From Acidimicrobiia bacterium (GTDB lineage: Bacteria > Actinomycetota > Acidimicrobiia > Spongiisociales > UBA11373): a DNA stretch of 63,319 bases. Position 1 is the first letter of the stretch, and every line of letters begins with the position of its first letter. Below the pieces are notes generated by a model. The model did no database searches, had not been told where the DNA came from, and saw only the letters and a program-made list of their open reading frames with translations. Below are positions 11,068 to 21,013 of the stretch, piece by piece. Position numbers and translations under genes: made by a program. The DNA is taken from positions 1 to 63,319 of the forward strand of contig JBKKBI010000093.1 of assembly GCA_046714175.1 (NCBI GenBank), read 5' to 3'.

Positions 11068-13110
11068 ATGGCCGAGAAGATCCGCAACGTCGTCCTCGTC
11101 GGACACAGTGGAAGCGGGAAGACCACCCTCGCCGAAGCCCTTCTCTTCGCCGCCGGGGAGATCACCCGGATGGGACGCGTGGAGGACGGCAACACGGTCA
11201 CCGACTTCGAGCCCGAAGAGCGCACCCGCCGGTCATCGGTGAGCCTGGCGATGGCTCCCTTCACATGGCGCGGTCACCGGATCAATCTCATCGACACTCC
11301 GGGCGTCGCCGACTTCACCGGGGAGGTGCGGGCGGCACTGCGCGTCGCCGACCTTGCTCTGTTCGTCGTGTCCGCGGTCGACGGCGTCGAGGTGCAGACC
11401 GAGCAGATCTGGGCACTCGCCGCAGAGGAGGGCATCGCGCGAGCGGTCTTCGTCAACAAGCTGGACCGCGAGCGCGCCTCATTCGCCCGAACCATGCAGC
11501 AGCTCAAAGAGGTTTTCGGCACACCGATCGCACCGGTGCTGGTTCCGATCGGCGCCGAGCACGAACTCACCGGAGTGGCCAACCTCGTCGGAGGCAAGGC
11601 ATACACCTATGCCGGCGGTGGGATGACTGCGGTTGAAGGGGAGCTCCCCGAGGCGATGCTTGCGGAAGTGGCTCGACTGCACACCGGACTGGTCGAGGCC
11701 GTTGTCGAGACGGATGACGCGATGCTGGAGAAGTATCTCGATGGCGGCGTCGAGCCTTCCGGCGAGCAACTCATCGCCGGAATGCATCGCGGCATGGTGC
11801 AGGGGTCGGCGTTCCCGGTGTTGTGCGGGTCGGCGACTCACGGAATCGGTGTCGACCGCCTCGCCGAGTTCATCGTCGAGTTCGGCCCCGGACCCGAGGA
11901 GCGCCCCGAGCCCCCTTTGGCGGAAGGCGCGGCCCTTCCCGACTCGGGCGTGGTCGCCTATGTGTTCAAGACGATGTCCGACCCATATGTAGGGCGCATC
12001 TCGCTCTTTCGGGTCTTCCGGGGCACATTGGCGCTCGACGCGGAGCTGGAGAACGCCAATCGCCACGCGGCGGCGCGCATGCACAACATGTTCTCGATGC
12101 GCGGCAAGGAGCATCACGAGGTGCACCTGGTGGTCGCCGGTGACATCGCCGCCGTCGCCAAACTGGAAGTGACCCTCTCCGGCGACACGCTGCGCTCCCA
12201 TGGGGTCAAAGTCACGATCGACCCGGTGGCGCTTCCCAACACCACGATGGCGGTCGCAGTCTTTCCCCGGAGTCAGCACGACGAGGAGAAGCTCTCCACC
12301 GCTTTGGCTCGCGCCGTCGAGGACGATCCGACGCTGCGAGTCAACCGCAACACGGTCACCCACGAGACGGTCCTGTCTGGACTAGGCGAGGCCCATCTCG
12401 ACGTGACGGTGTCGCGCCTTGCGGCCCGATTCGGCGTGGGAGTGGATACCGCCCTTCCCAAAATCGCCTATCGCGAGACCATCCGGGGCAAGGCCGATGT
12501 GGAGGGAAAGCACAAAAAGCAGTCGGGTGGCCGCGGCCAGTTCGGAGTGGCCAACATTCGCTTCGAGCCTGGCCCTGCGGGCACCGGATATCAGTTCGTC
12601 AACGAGACCAAGGGCGGTTCGATCCCCAAGCAGTATCTCCCCGCCGTGGAGAAAGGGGTCCACGAGGCGTTGGAGCGAGGAATCCTGGCCGGCTACCCGG
12701 TAGTCGACGTCAGGGCCATCGTTTACGACGGCAAGTTCCACGCCGTGGACTCGGACGAGTTGTCCTTCAGGATGGCGGGCATCATGGCGGTCAAGGAGGC
12801 GGCGTCAAAGCTGAACGCCGCGCTTCTGGAACCGATCATGAAGGTCAACATCCGGATCCCCGAGGAACTGATGGGCGATGTGATCGGAGATCTCAATGCC
12901 AAGCGGGGCCGGGTCCTGGGCATGGACTCGGACGGCGGATTTCGGCTGGTCACGGCTGAGGTCCCCATGGCCGAGATGCAGCGCTATGCGATCGACCTCC
13001 GTTCCCTGACCAGCGGACGGGGTTGGTTCGAGATGGAGATGAGCCACTACGAGGAGGCTCCACCACATGAGGCGCAGAAGGTCATCGCCGCCGCCAAGCC
13101 CGGTGAGTAG
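11068..13110 (+). CDS. Elongation factor G-like protein (EF-G2)
   Basis: GHSGSGKTT, DTPG, NKLD, KQSGGRGQF; RGITI replaced by RRSSV. Confidence 0.92.
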   Translation: MAEKIRNVVLVGHSGSGKTTLAEALLFAAGEITRMGRVEDGNTVTDFEPEERTRRSSVSLAMAPFTWRGHRINLIDTPGVADFTGEVRAALRVADLALFVVSAVDGVEVQTEQIWALAAEEGIARAVFVNKLDRERASFARTMQQLKEVFGTPIAPVLVPIGAEHELTGVANLVGGKAYTYAGGGMTAVEGELPEAMLAEVARLHTGLVEAVVETDDAMLEKYLDGGVEPSGEQLIAGMHRGMVQGSAFPVLCGSATHGIGVDRLAEFIVEFGPGPEERPEPPLAEGAALPDSGVVAYVFKTMSDPYVGRISLFRVFRGTLALDAELENANRHAAARMHNMFSMRGKEHHEVHLVVAGDIAAVAKLEVTLSGDTLRSHGVKVTIDPVALPNTTMAVAVFPRSQHDEEKLSTALARAVEDDPTLRVNRNTVTHETVLSGLGEAHLDVTVSRLAARFGVGVDTALPKIAYRETIRGKADVEGKHKKQSGGRGQFGVANIRFEPGPAGTGYQFVNETKGGSIPKQYLPAVEKGVHEALERGILAGYPVVDVRAIVYDGKFHAVDSDELSFRMAGIMAVKEAASKLNAALLEPIMKVNIRIPEELMGDVIGDLNAKRGRVLGMDSDGGFRLVTAEVPMAEMQRYAIDLRSLTSGRGWFEMEMSHYEEAPPHEAQKVIAAAKPGE

Positions 13111-13122
13111 GAAGAGGAACTC

Positions 13123-14394
13123 ATGACCCGCAAGGCGGTGCTGCACGTCGACGGCAAGGAGATAGAACTGCCCGTTGTGGTGGGCAGCGACGGCAACCCC
13201 GGGATCGACATCTCCAAGCTTCGGAGCCAGAGCGGCTATGTGACCATCGACTACGGCTTCGCCAACACCGCAGGGACCGCCAGTGCCGTCTCCTGGGTGG
13301 ACGGCGACGCCGGGGAACTCCGCTATCGCGGCTACCCGGTGGAGCAGCTCGCCGCCAAGGCGAACTTTCTCGAGGTGGCATACCTTCTCTTCCATGGCGA
13401 GATGCCGACCTCGGATCAGCTCGCGGCCTACACCGACGAGGTGACCCACCACACGCTCCTCAACGAGGAGATGAAACGGCTGTTCGACGCCTTTCCGCGC
13501 AGCGCCCATCCGATGGCGATCCTGGCGTCCGCCACGAATGCCATGGCCACCTTCTACTCGGACTTCCACAACCCACGCGATCCCTATGCCGTCGAACAAT
13601 CGGCGCTGCGCCTGGTGTCCAAGATGCCGACCGTCGCCGCGCTCGCGTACAAGAAGTCGATCGGTCAGCCGTATGTGTACCCGCGCAACGATCTCGACTA
13701 CTCGTCGAACTTCCTGCACATGATGTTCGCCCTTCCGGTCGAGGAATACATCGTGGATCCGGTGGTGGCGCGGGCCCTCGACGTGCTGCTGATCCTCCAT
13801 GCGGATCACGAGCAGAATTGCTCCACCTCGACCGTGCGGCTGGCAGGCTCCAGCCAGGCGAACTTGTTCACGTCCGTGGCCGCCGGGATGAGCGCCTTGT
13901 GGGGACCACTGCACGGCGGAGCCAACCAGGAGGTCGTCGAGACGCTGCAGCGGATCCATCGCGACGGCGGCAACACGGCGAAGTGGGTGGCGAAGGCGAA
14001 GGATCCCAACGACAGCTACCGGCTTCCCGGGTTCGGGCACCGGGTATATCGCAACTACGACCCCCGCGCCAAGATCCTCAAGACCTTCGCCTACGACGTG
14101 ATCGAGCGCATGGGCCGGGACGATCCGCTGCTGGACATCGCTCTCAAACTGGAGGAGACCGCCCTCGCCGACGACTACTTCGTGTCGCGCCGGCTGTACC
14201 CCAACGTGGACTTCTACTCGGGGATCATGTTCCAGGCGCTGGGTTTCCCGGTGCACATGTTCACGGTCCTTTTCGCCATCGGGCGCCTCCCCGGCTGGGT
14301 GGCGCAGTGGAAGGAGATGAGCGAGGACCCCGAGACCCGGATTGGCCGGCCCCGTCAGATCTACACCGGGTCCCCCGCCCGCGATCTCCCATGA
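13123..14394 (+). CDS. gltA: Citrate synthase
   Basis: ILHADHEQNCST, GPLHGGAN, GFGHRVY, YPNVDFYSG. Confidence 0.97.
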   Translation: MTRKAVLHVDGKEIELPVVVGSDGNPGIDISKLRSQSGYVTIDYGFANTAGTASAVSWVDGDAGELRYRGYPVEQLAAKANFLEVAYLLFHGEMPTSDQLAAYTDEVTHHTLLNEEMKRLFDAFPRSAHPMAILASATNAMATFYSDFHNPRDPYAVEQSALRLVSKMPTVAALAYKKSIGQPYVYPRNDLDYSSNFLHMMFALPVEEYIVDPVVARALDVLLILHADHEQNCSTSTVRLAGSSQANLFTSVAAGMSALWGPLHGGANQEVVETLQRIHRDGGNTAKWVAKAKDPNDSYRLPGFGHRVYRNYDPRAKILKTFAYDVIERMGRDDPLLDIALKLEETALADDYFVSRRLYPNVDFYSGIMFQALGFPVHMFTVLFAIGRLPGWVAQWKEMSEDPETRIGRPRQIYTGSPARDLP

Positions 14395-14984
14395 CCGATC
14401 TGCGGGCCCGCGAAACCACCCGCGAGGATTGGGACGGTCTGGTGATCGAGCTGGTCGAGGACGGCCACGTTGTCGGCGTCGCCTACCTCGACGACGGGGC
14501 GATGATGGCCGAGTTCTATCCCGACGAGGATGCCGAGGCGTGGGTATTCGATGCCGCCGACCTGCAGCGGGTGCTCGACGTCGCGGCCGCCATGCTCGGG
14601 TTGGAGGAGCCGGTGCCGGCCATCCCCCAGGGCGTGGCCGTGGACCGCATCGCCGAGGAGTTTGATCGCACCGCCGAGTTTCGGGGAGCCGAAGACGAAG
14701 GCTTCTACCCCGTGGCCGGAGCGCTGGCCATCACCACCCGCGCCGACTCGCTGGGTCTGGCGGTGGTCTCCGTGGAGGGTTTCACAATCAGCTCCGGTGA
14801 ACCGGCTCCCGTCTCCGGACTGGCCACCGACATCGGCGACGCCCACCGCGGCGAAGCCTGGCCGACGTTTCGTGCGGGATGCAATGCGCAGGCCCGGGCG
14901 CTCCTGGAGCGATGGGCGAACCGGTCCGGCCTCGTCGTCGCCCTCGAGGTGGGCGACGAGTCCGGCGAGAGGTATGTGCTGTAG
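14391..14984 (+). CDS. Hypothetical acidic protein coupled to gltA
   Basis: ATGA overlap with gltA stop; MTDLRARETTRE...; GC3-biased frame. Confidence 0.75.
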   Translation: MTDLRARETTREDWDGLVIELVEDGHVVGVAYLDDGAMMAEFYPDEDAEAWVFDAADLQRVLDVAAAMLGLEEPVPAIPQGVAVDRIAEEFDRTAEFRGAEDEGFYPVAGALAITTRADSLGLAVVSVEGFTISSGEPAPVSGLATDIGDAHRGEAWPTFRAGCNAQARALLERWANRSGLVVALEVGDESGERYVL

Positions 14985-14989
14985 GACGG

Positions 14990-15208
14990 TGCCCGGTGCC
15001 CGTTGCCCGTTGCCCGCAAGAGTCGGTGTCCGATACCGCTGCCCGCTTCCCGCTGCCCGCAAGAGTTGTTGCCGGTTACCCGCAAGAGTCGTGGGCCGTT
15101 ACCAGTAAGAGTTGGCCGCCTCCTATCGGGCGGGTAGCGGGTAGCTGGTAGCCGGCTGTTGGCGGGTAGCCGGTAGCTGGCTGTTGGCGGGAAGCCGGTA
15201 GCCGTCTC
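14990..15208. repeat. Degenerate heptameric tandem repeat tract
   Basis: TGCCCGT/TGCCCGC and GGGTAGC/CGGTAGC 7-mers, punctuated by CCCGCAAGAGT x3 plus one variant. Confidence 0.8.
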
Positions 15209-15592
15209 CTACCCGCCAACAGCCTCTTCATACTTCTCCACCACGCTTCCGGTGACCGCGTCGACGCGGACCAGGGCGCGGCGGGTGGGGGGGTCGTCGC
15301 TGCTGAACACGAGCACATTCCACACCGGGCGGGATCGCCAGCCGTCGAAGGAGACGGCGGCCGAGGCGTGTCCCACCGTGAAGGTCACGTTGCGCCCGGC
15401 CATGTCCAGCGCAGCCGAGTCGCGCACTGCGATCTCCCACGCCGCCAGCAGGTTCCACACCCCGAGACCCCCAAGGAGGGCGGCCATCATCAGGAGTCCC
15501 TTGGTGGCACCGGCCGCCACCAAGGCAACCAGAAGCACCCCGGCGCCGAGATGCAGCCAACCCGCGGTTCGCCTGCGCCGGGTGCTGGGCAT
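15209..15592 (-). CDS. Hypothetical membrane protein (2 TM plus PepSY-like C-terminus)
   Basis: MPSTRRRR...two hydrophobic helices...PVWNV...VRVDAVTGSVV. Confidence 0.65.
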   Translation of the reverse strand: MPSTRRRRTAGWLHLGAGVLLVALVAAGATKGLLMMAALLGGLGVWNLLAAWEIAVRDSAALDMAGRNVTFTVGHASAAVSFDGWRSRPVWNVLVFSSDDPPTRRALVRVDAVTGSVVEKYEEAVGG

Positions 15593-15708
15593 GGAATACC
15601 CGCGCCGCCCGGAGGCATCGAGGTCTGCGGGCACTGCTTCCCGGGCGGCCACTTCCCCGGGGATTTCGATCCCGCGGCGGGACCGACCCTTCGGGGTGCG
15701 TGGCTGGC

Positions 15709-18117
15709 TCAGGGCTTGTCTTCCCGGGCGTGGCCCGCGGCTGCGGCGGCGTGACCCTCGACGTCGAGCTGCGGCAGCCAGTTGAGCCATTTCGGCAGGT
15801 ACCAGTTCCACTCCCCGAGGAGGCGCATCGATGCCGGGACCATGATCGATCGGATGATCGTGGCGTCGAGGAACACCGCGATGGCGAGCCCAAAGCCCAT
15901 CTGCTGCATCGCCGCCAGGTCCCCGGCGGCGAAGCCGGCAAAGACCGCCACCATGATCAACGCCGCCCCGGTGATGATCGCCCCGGTGGTGCGCAGCCCG
16001 TACGCTACCGCTGCCTGGTTGTCCCCCGTCCGGTCGTAGTGCTCCCGTATTCGGGTGAGCAGGAACACGTGATAGTCCATCGACAACCCGAACAGCACCG
16101 AGAACAGGAACAGCGGCAGCCACGCTTCGATGGACTCCACCTGGATGAACCCAAGCCACTCGGCGATCGCCTGGATCCATCCCGGCGATGCCTCGGGCTG
16201 GAAGAACAGCACCACCGCTCCGTAAGCCGCACCCACCGAGAGCAGGTTGAGCAGGATCGCCTTGATAGGGAGAACGATCGAGCGGAACACCACGGTCAGC
16301 AGGATGAAGCTCAGGCCCAGCACGAAGAAGAACACGATCGGCGTGTACCGGTTGACGTCGTCGAAGAAGTCCAGGTTGAACGCCGGCCAGCCACCCACCA
16401 GCACCCGGACACCAGTCCCCTCGAATGCTGCGGGCACGTACTCGCTGCGCAACCGCTCCACTGCGGCATTCGAGGCCCGCGACGCCGAGTCCCCGGCGAG
16501 AGGAATGGTGATGGCCCCCAGGTCTCCCGCTTCGTTGGTCACCAGGCCGGTGCTGGGCGGTCCGAATGCCGGATCGGCGGCGAGCGCAGCCATCAGGTCG
16601 TCGACCGCGGCCTCGACCTCGGGGGTCACCGCGCCGTCGACCACGATCTCGACCGGATCGGCCAGGCCGCCCGAGAACTCCTCCTGGAGGATCAAGAAGG
16701 CGTGCTTCGACTCCAGGGAGTCGGGAAGGGTCGAGACTCCGGAAAACCCGGTCTGGATCTGGAAGTAGGCGACACCGATAGCCACCAGCACCGCCCCACC
16801 ACCAAGCAGCCACAACACCGGGCGGCGCATGACACGGTTGGTCAGGTCGTCCCAGAACCCACCGACCTTGTCCACGTTCTGCAGACGTCTGTCGCGCCAG
16901 GCTCGGTAAGACGCGGCGAGCCGTGTTCGGCTTATCAGGTCGGCGACAATCTCGATGACCAGCGTGACCACAATGGCTATGCCCAGCAGTTTGAGCGCAT
17001 CCAATGACCTCTGGAAAGCGAGGTTGAGGATGGCTGGGATTACGCCGAGCACGGCAATTGCGATGATCCGCTGTCTCCGCGTGAGTCCATTCACGGTGTT
17101 GCCGAGGAGGGAAAGCACCGCCGGAAGGAGCGTCATCGAGGCCGCAACCGCCACCAGCACCACCAGAATCGCCCCGGCGCTGAGGCTGCGGAAGATCGTG
17201 TTCGGCATGAAGAACAGCCCTAACAGCGCCAGCACCACGGTTACCCCGGAGAAGAAGACCGCCCGGTTGGCCGTTGCCCCGGCGCGGCCAATCGCATCCA
17301 GCTTGTCGACCCCACGGGTGCGCTCCTCGCGGTACCGGGCAACGATGAACAGGGAGTAGTCGATCCCGACCGCCAGCCCCATCATCGTGATGAAGTTGGT
17401 GATGAAGAAGCTCAGCTCGAATGCCAGCCCGACTGCGGCGGTGAGGCCGAAGGCGATGGCGATCGACGCGATCGCCAGCAGGATCGGCAGGACCGCGGCG
17501 ACCACCGTGCCGATCACCACCATCAGCACGATGAGGGCGATCATGATGCCAAAGGACTCGCCCTTTTGCAGAGTCTCCTCGGCGAGGTGCTGGAAGTCGT
17601 TGTTGAGTGTCGCCTGGCCGGCAACCAGCGTCTCGAAGCCGGCGGGATGCGGCACCGCCTCCACCACCTCGGCCAGCTCTTCGGCGTGCTTCGAGGCCTC
17701 GGTCAAGTCGGGATCGGCCATGGTCACCGGAAGCAGCACCGTCCTGCCGTCGTCAGAAACTGGCCCGGTTTCATCGAGATATGAACCGACGAACTGCACC
17801 TTGTCGGGGCCCAGACCCAGGATGGCCTGTTGCACTGCGGCGATGAAGTCCCCGTAGGCGGGCTGATCCACAGTGGTCCCATCGGCCACCACCACCACGA
17901 ACTCGGCGAACTTCTGCTCACCGCGCAACTCTTCGAGCAGCTCCAGCGCCTGCACCGCCTCGGGACGATCGGTGAAGTTCACGTCTGTGGTGAGGGCATC
18001 CGCCAGATATGTGGCGGCGAGGTACCCCGCGATCGCGATCCCCGCCACCCAGACTCCGACGGTCAACCACGGCCGACGGCTGGAGGCACGGGCGAGGGAT
18101 TCGGGATTGAGCTTCAT
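15709..18117 (-). CDS. MMPL family transporter
   Basis: GLAVGIDYSLF, LFGLSMDYHVFL, ITGAALIM, GEWNWYLPKWL. Confidence 0.95.
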   Translation of the reverse strand: MKLNPESLARASSRRPWLTVGVWVAGIAIAGYLAATYLADALTTDVNFTDRPEAVQALELLEELRGEQKFAEFVVVVADGTTVDQPAYGDFIAAVQQAILGLGPDKVQFVGSYLDETGPVSDDGRTVLLPVTMADPDLTEASKHAEELAEVVEAVPHPAGFETLVAGQATLNNDFQHLAEETLQKGESFGIMIALIVLMVVIGTVVAAVLPILLAIASIAIAFGLTAAVGLAFELSFFITNFITMMGLAVGIDYSLFIVARYREERTRGVDKLDAIGRAGATANRAVFFSGVTVVLALLGLFFMPNTIFRSLSAGAILVVLVAVAASMTLLPAVLSLLGNTVNGLTRRQRIIAIAVLGVIPAILNLAFQRSLDALKLLGIAIVVTLVIEIVADLISRTRLAASYRAWRDRRLQNVDKVGGFWDDLTNRVMRRPVLWLLGGGAVLVAIGVAYFQIQTGFSGVSTLPDSLESKHAFLILQEEFSGGLADPVEIVVDGAVTPEVEAAVDDLMAALAADPAFGPPSTGLVTNEAGDLGAITIPLAGDSASRASNAAVERLRSEYVPAAFEGTGVRVLVGGWPAFNLDFFDDVNRYTPIVFFFVLGLSFILLTVVFRSIVLPIKAILLNLLSVGAAYGAVVLFFQPEASPGWIQAIAEWLGFIQVESIEAWLPLFLFSVLFGLSMDYHVFLLTRIREHYDRTGDNQAAVAYGLRTTGAIITGAALIMVAVFAGFAAGDLAAMQQMGFGLAIAVFLDATIIRSIMVPASMRLLGEWNWYLPKWLNWLPQLDVEGHAAAAAGHAREDKP

Positions 18118-18236
18118 CGGCGGGCCGTCCTGCGTCGTGGTGGCGGCGCAACGCTAGACGACATCGCAACGGTCCCCACCGCCGCAGACGCGGCTCCGCC
18201 AGCACCCCACAGTCCGCAGATTTCCGCCAGCAGTCC

Positions 18237-18264
18237 TCAGCCAGACTCGTTCAGTTCTGGCTGA
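18237..18264 (-). terminator. Hairpin downstream of lipoprotein gene
   Basis: TCAGCCAGA...TCTGGCTGA inverted repeat just past stop at 18268; no clear U-tract. Confidence 0.45.
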
Positions 18265-18267
18265 CCG

Positions 18268-18690
18268 TCACGCGGTGGGATTGTCGTAGTAGGTCAACAC
18301 CCCATCGGCGACCGAGCCGAGGATCTCGACCGGCTCCTCGCTCCATTGCGCCAGTTCGTGGTCCGCCGGGGCATCGGTCATCCCGGCCATGCCCTGAACC
18401 GAGAAGCCGGCCACTTCTAGGGTGGCCCCTCCGGGCTGGGGCGGGAATGACTCCAAGATGGCATCGGCGATCACCATCCGGCCATCGTCGTAGACGAACA
18501 GGTAGCCGCGAACCAGGTGCGGCCGGTCTGCGGGGGCGTCGATCGCCTCCGCCACCGAGATTGGGTCGCCGACCGCCACCCGACCGCCACCGGGCTGGGT
18601 CGTGGTGGTGGTGGTGGCGGCATCGTCGTCGCCGCAGGCCGCCACTATCAGGACGGCCAGAAACAGGGGAACCAATCGCTTCATAGTCAT
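18268..18690 (-). CDS. Hypothetical lipoprotein
   Basis: MTMKRLVPLFLAVLIVAAC lipobox, Thr-rich linker; GGAG RBS. Confidence 0.8.
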   Translation of the reverse strand: MTMKRLVPLFLAVLIVAACGDDDAATTTTTTQPGGGRVAVGDPISVAEAIDAPADRPHLVRGYLFVYDDGRMVIADAILESFPPQPGGATLEVAGFSVQGMAGMTDAPADHELAQWSEEPVEILGSVADGVLTYYDNPTA

Positions 18691-18715
18691 ATCTCCTCTC
18701 CTTCGTTGCCGGTGA

Positions 18716-18741
18716 GACGGAACCGGCGGCACTGAGGTTCC
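18716..18741 (-). promoter_or_regulatory. ECF sigma-type promoter
   Basis: GGAAC-N17-CGTC upstream of the lipoprotein gene. Confidence 0.55.
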
Positions 18742-18765
18742 CGTGACCTGAAAGAGACCGAGCTT

Positions 18766-20694
18766 TCAGCGGGGCGGCCGACAGATCCGGCGCACGGTTT
18801 CCACCACCTCGACCACCGGGATGTCCCGCCGCTCCTCCTCGCCCCGCAGACGGAGCCCAGCGGTCCCGGCGGCCTGATCGCTGTCGCCCACCACCAGCAC
18901 CGCAGGGTGCTTGTGGGTGATGGCCTTGCGCAGCTTCTCCCCCACCGTCTCGTCGGCGCCGTCGACCTCGCTGCGGATGCCGGCGTCACGCAGCCGGGCC
19001 ACCACCTGGTCGGCGTACTGGCGATGGCGATCGGCAACCGGGATGACGGTGGCCTGGATCGGTGACAGCCAGCCGGGGAGCGCTCCGGCGTAGTGCTCCA
19101 TGAGGACGCCGAAGAACCGCTCTACCGAGCCGAATAGGGCGCGGTGGATCATCACCGGACGCTCCTTCTCGTTCCCGGCGCCGGCAAACTCGAGGGCGAA
19201 GTTCTCCGGCTGGGCGAAGTCGACCTGCAGCGTCGACAACTGCCAGCGCCGTCCAATCGCGTCGCGAACATGAATGTCGATCTTGGGCCCGTAGAACGCA
19301 CCCTCGCCCGCGGCGACTTCGTAGGGCAGGCCGGTGCTGTGCATCGCCGCAGCCAGAGACTCGGTGGCCCGCTCCCACAATTCGGGGCGGCCGACGAACT
19401 TCTCCGGACGGGTGGAGAGATCGGCAGAAAACTCGTCGAAACCGAAGTCGCGCAGCACCATCAGCACGAAATCGAGCAGCCGCTTCAGCTCCTCGCCCAC
19501 ATCAGACTCCATACAGAAGATGTGGCTGTCGTCCTGGGTGAAGCCCCGGGCTCGCAGCAGGCCGTGGACCACACCGCTGCGCTCGTAGCGGTACACGGTC
19601 CCGAGTTCGAACAGGCGCATCGGAAGGTCCCGGTACGACCGCGCCTGGGAGCGGTAGATCAGAATGTGCCCCGGACAGTTCATCGGCTTGAGCACGTACT
19701 CGTCGCCATCATCGATCTCCATGGTCGGGAACATGTTCTCCCGATAGAAGGAGAGGTGACCCGATGTCTCCCACAGATGGCTGCGGGCGATGTGTGGTGT
19801 GAAGACGATGTCGTACCCGAAGGCGAGATGGGTGCGCCGCGAGTAGTCCTCCATGATCATGCGCACGAGGGCGCCGCGGGGATGCCACACCGCCAGGCCG
19901 CTGCCGGTCTCGGCGGGGAAGGAGTAGTAGTCGAGTTCGCCCCCGAGGCGGCGGTGATCCCGCTTGCGGGCCTCGTCGAGGCGATGCAGGTGATCGGTCA
20001 TCGCCTGGCGGCTCTCCCAGGCGGTCCCGTAGATGCGCTGTAACTGGGGACGATGTTCGTCACCACGCCAATAGGCGCCGGCGGTGCGCAGCAGCTTGAA
20101 GGCTGCCAGCCGACCCGTCGAGGGGAGGTGGGGGCCCCGGCACAGGTCGATGAAATCGCGGTTGCGATATGCGGAGACCGTGTCCCCGGAGGCGCCCTCG
20201 CCTTCATCCACCCCCTGGATGATCTCGACCTTGAAGGGATGGGCGGCGAACAATTCGAGGGCGGACGACTTGGACATCTCCATCCGCTCGAACGGCTGGT
20301 CGGCGGCCACGATCTCGGCCATGCGCGCTTCGATCCGCTCTACGTCCTCCGGGGTGAAGGCACGGCCGATGTCGAAGTCGTAGTAGAAGCCGTCGTCGAT
20401 CGCGGGCCCGATGGCGAAGGTGGCGCCGTCGAACAGACCCAGCACTGCCTGGGCGAGCACGTGGGCCGCAGAGTGACGCAACACGTGCCGGCCGGCCTCG
20501 CTCTCGGCGGTGATCACCTCGAGACGACCACCAGTGGGGAGCGGCCGATTCAGATCGAGTTCGGCGCCGTCGAGACGCACCGCCACCGCGGCGGCGGCGA
20601 GGCGCTTCCCGATGGCCAAAGCAGCATCGGCGCCAGTGGCGCCGTCCGCCAAGCGCAGCTCCTTGCCGTCGGGGAGGGTCACCGTGAGGGGCAT
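18766..20694 (-). CDS. thrS: Threonine--tRNA ligase
   Basis: TGS domain, RHSAAH, DLCRGPH, KPMNCPGH, GEGAFYGPKID. Confidence 0.98.
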   Translation of the reverse strand: MPLTVTLPDGKELRLADGATGADAALAIGKRLAAAAVAVRLDGAELDLNRPLPTGGRLEVITAESEAGRHVLRHSAAHVLAQAVLGLFDGATFAIGPAIDDGFYYDFDIGRAFTPEDVERIEARMAEIVAADQPFERMEMSKSSALELFAAHPFKVEIIQGVDEGEGASGDTVSAYRNRDFIDLCRGPHLPSTGRLAAFKLLRTAGAYWRGDEHRPQLQRIYGTAWESRQAMTDHLHRLDEARKRDHRRLGGELDYYSFPAETGSGLAVWHPRGALVRMIMEDYSRRTHLAFGYDIVFTPHIARSHLWETSGHLSFYRENMFPTMEIDDGDEYVLKPMNCPGHILIYRSQARSYRDLPMRLFELGTVYRYERSGVVHGLLRARGFTQDDSHIFCMESDVGEELKRLLDFVLMVLRDFGFDEFSADLSTRPEKFVGRPELWERATESLAAAMHSTGLPYEVAAGEGAFYGPKIDIHVRDAIGRRWQLSTLQVDFAQPENFALEFAGAGNEKERPVMIHRALFGSVERFFGVLMEHYAGALPGWLSPIQATVIPVADRHRQYADQVVARLRDAGIRSEVDGADETVGEKLRKAITHKHPAVLVVGDSDQAAGTAGLRLRGEEERRDIPVVEVVETVRRICRPPR

Positions 20695-20758
20695 GGGATC
20701 GTGAGGGTAGGCGCGGGGAAAATGAGGCCGGATGCCGGTGGCCGGAAGCGGGAGACCC

Positions 20759-20863
20759 TCAGCCGAAGAGCTTGCCGCATCCCGGGCAGGTGGAGTCGTC
20801 CTCGATCGTCGCCGTCCGGCACCACGGGCACGGTAGGTCGGGATGGATCGGGTCGTGAAGCAT
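20759..20863 (-). CDS. 34-aa zinc-ribbon microprotein
   Basis: MLHDPIHPDLPCPWCRTATIEDDSTCPGCGKLFG with two CPxC knuckles. Confidence 0.55.
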   Translation of the reverse strand: MLHDPIHPDLPCPWCRTATIEDDSTCPGCGKLFG

Positions 20864-21013
20864 CACCAGTCGCGACGGGCGTCGTGCCGACGAACCTGAC
20901 AAGAGCGGGCTCCTCACTCGGTCCGGCGCAGAGTAGGCGTCACTCTGGTGAATGTGAAGGATTGCCGAGCTCGCCGGCATCCGTCATCCTCCCCCACCCC
21001 TAACATCGCCCGC

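Noticed and set aside
14990-15208. Possible CRISPR array (CCCGCAAGAGT recurring)
   Set aside because: Repeat is about 11 bp with irregular low-complexity spacers, and no cas genes are present
20695-21000. T-box or attenuator leader for thrS
   Set aside because: No T-box consensus or Thr-codon leader peptide seen
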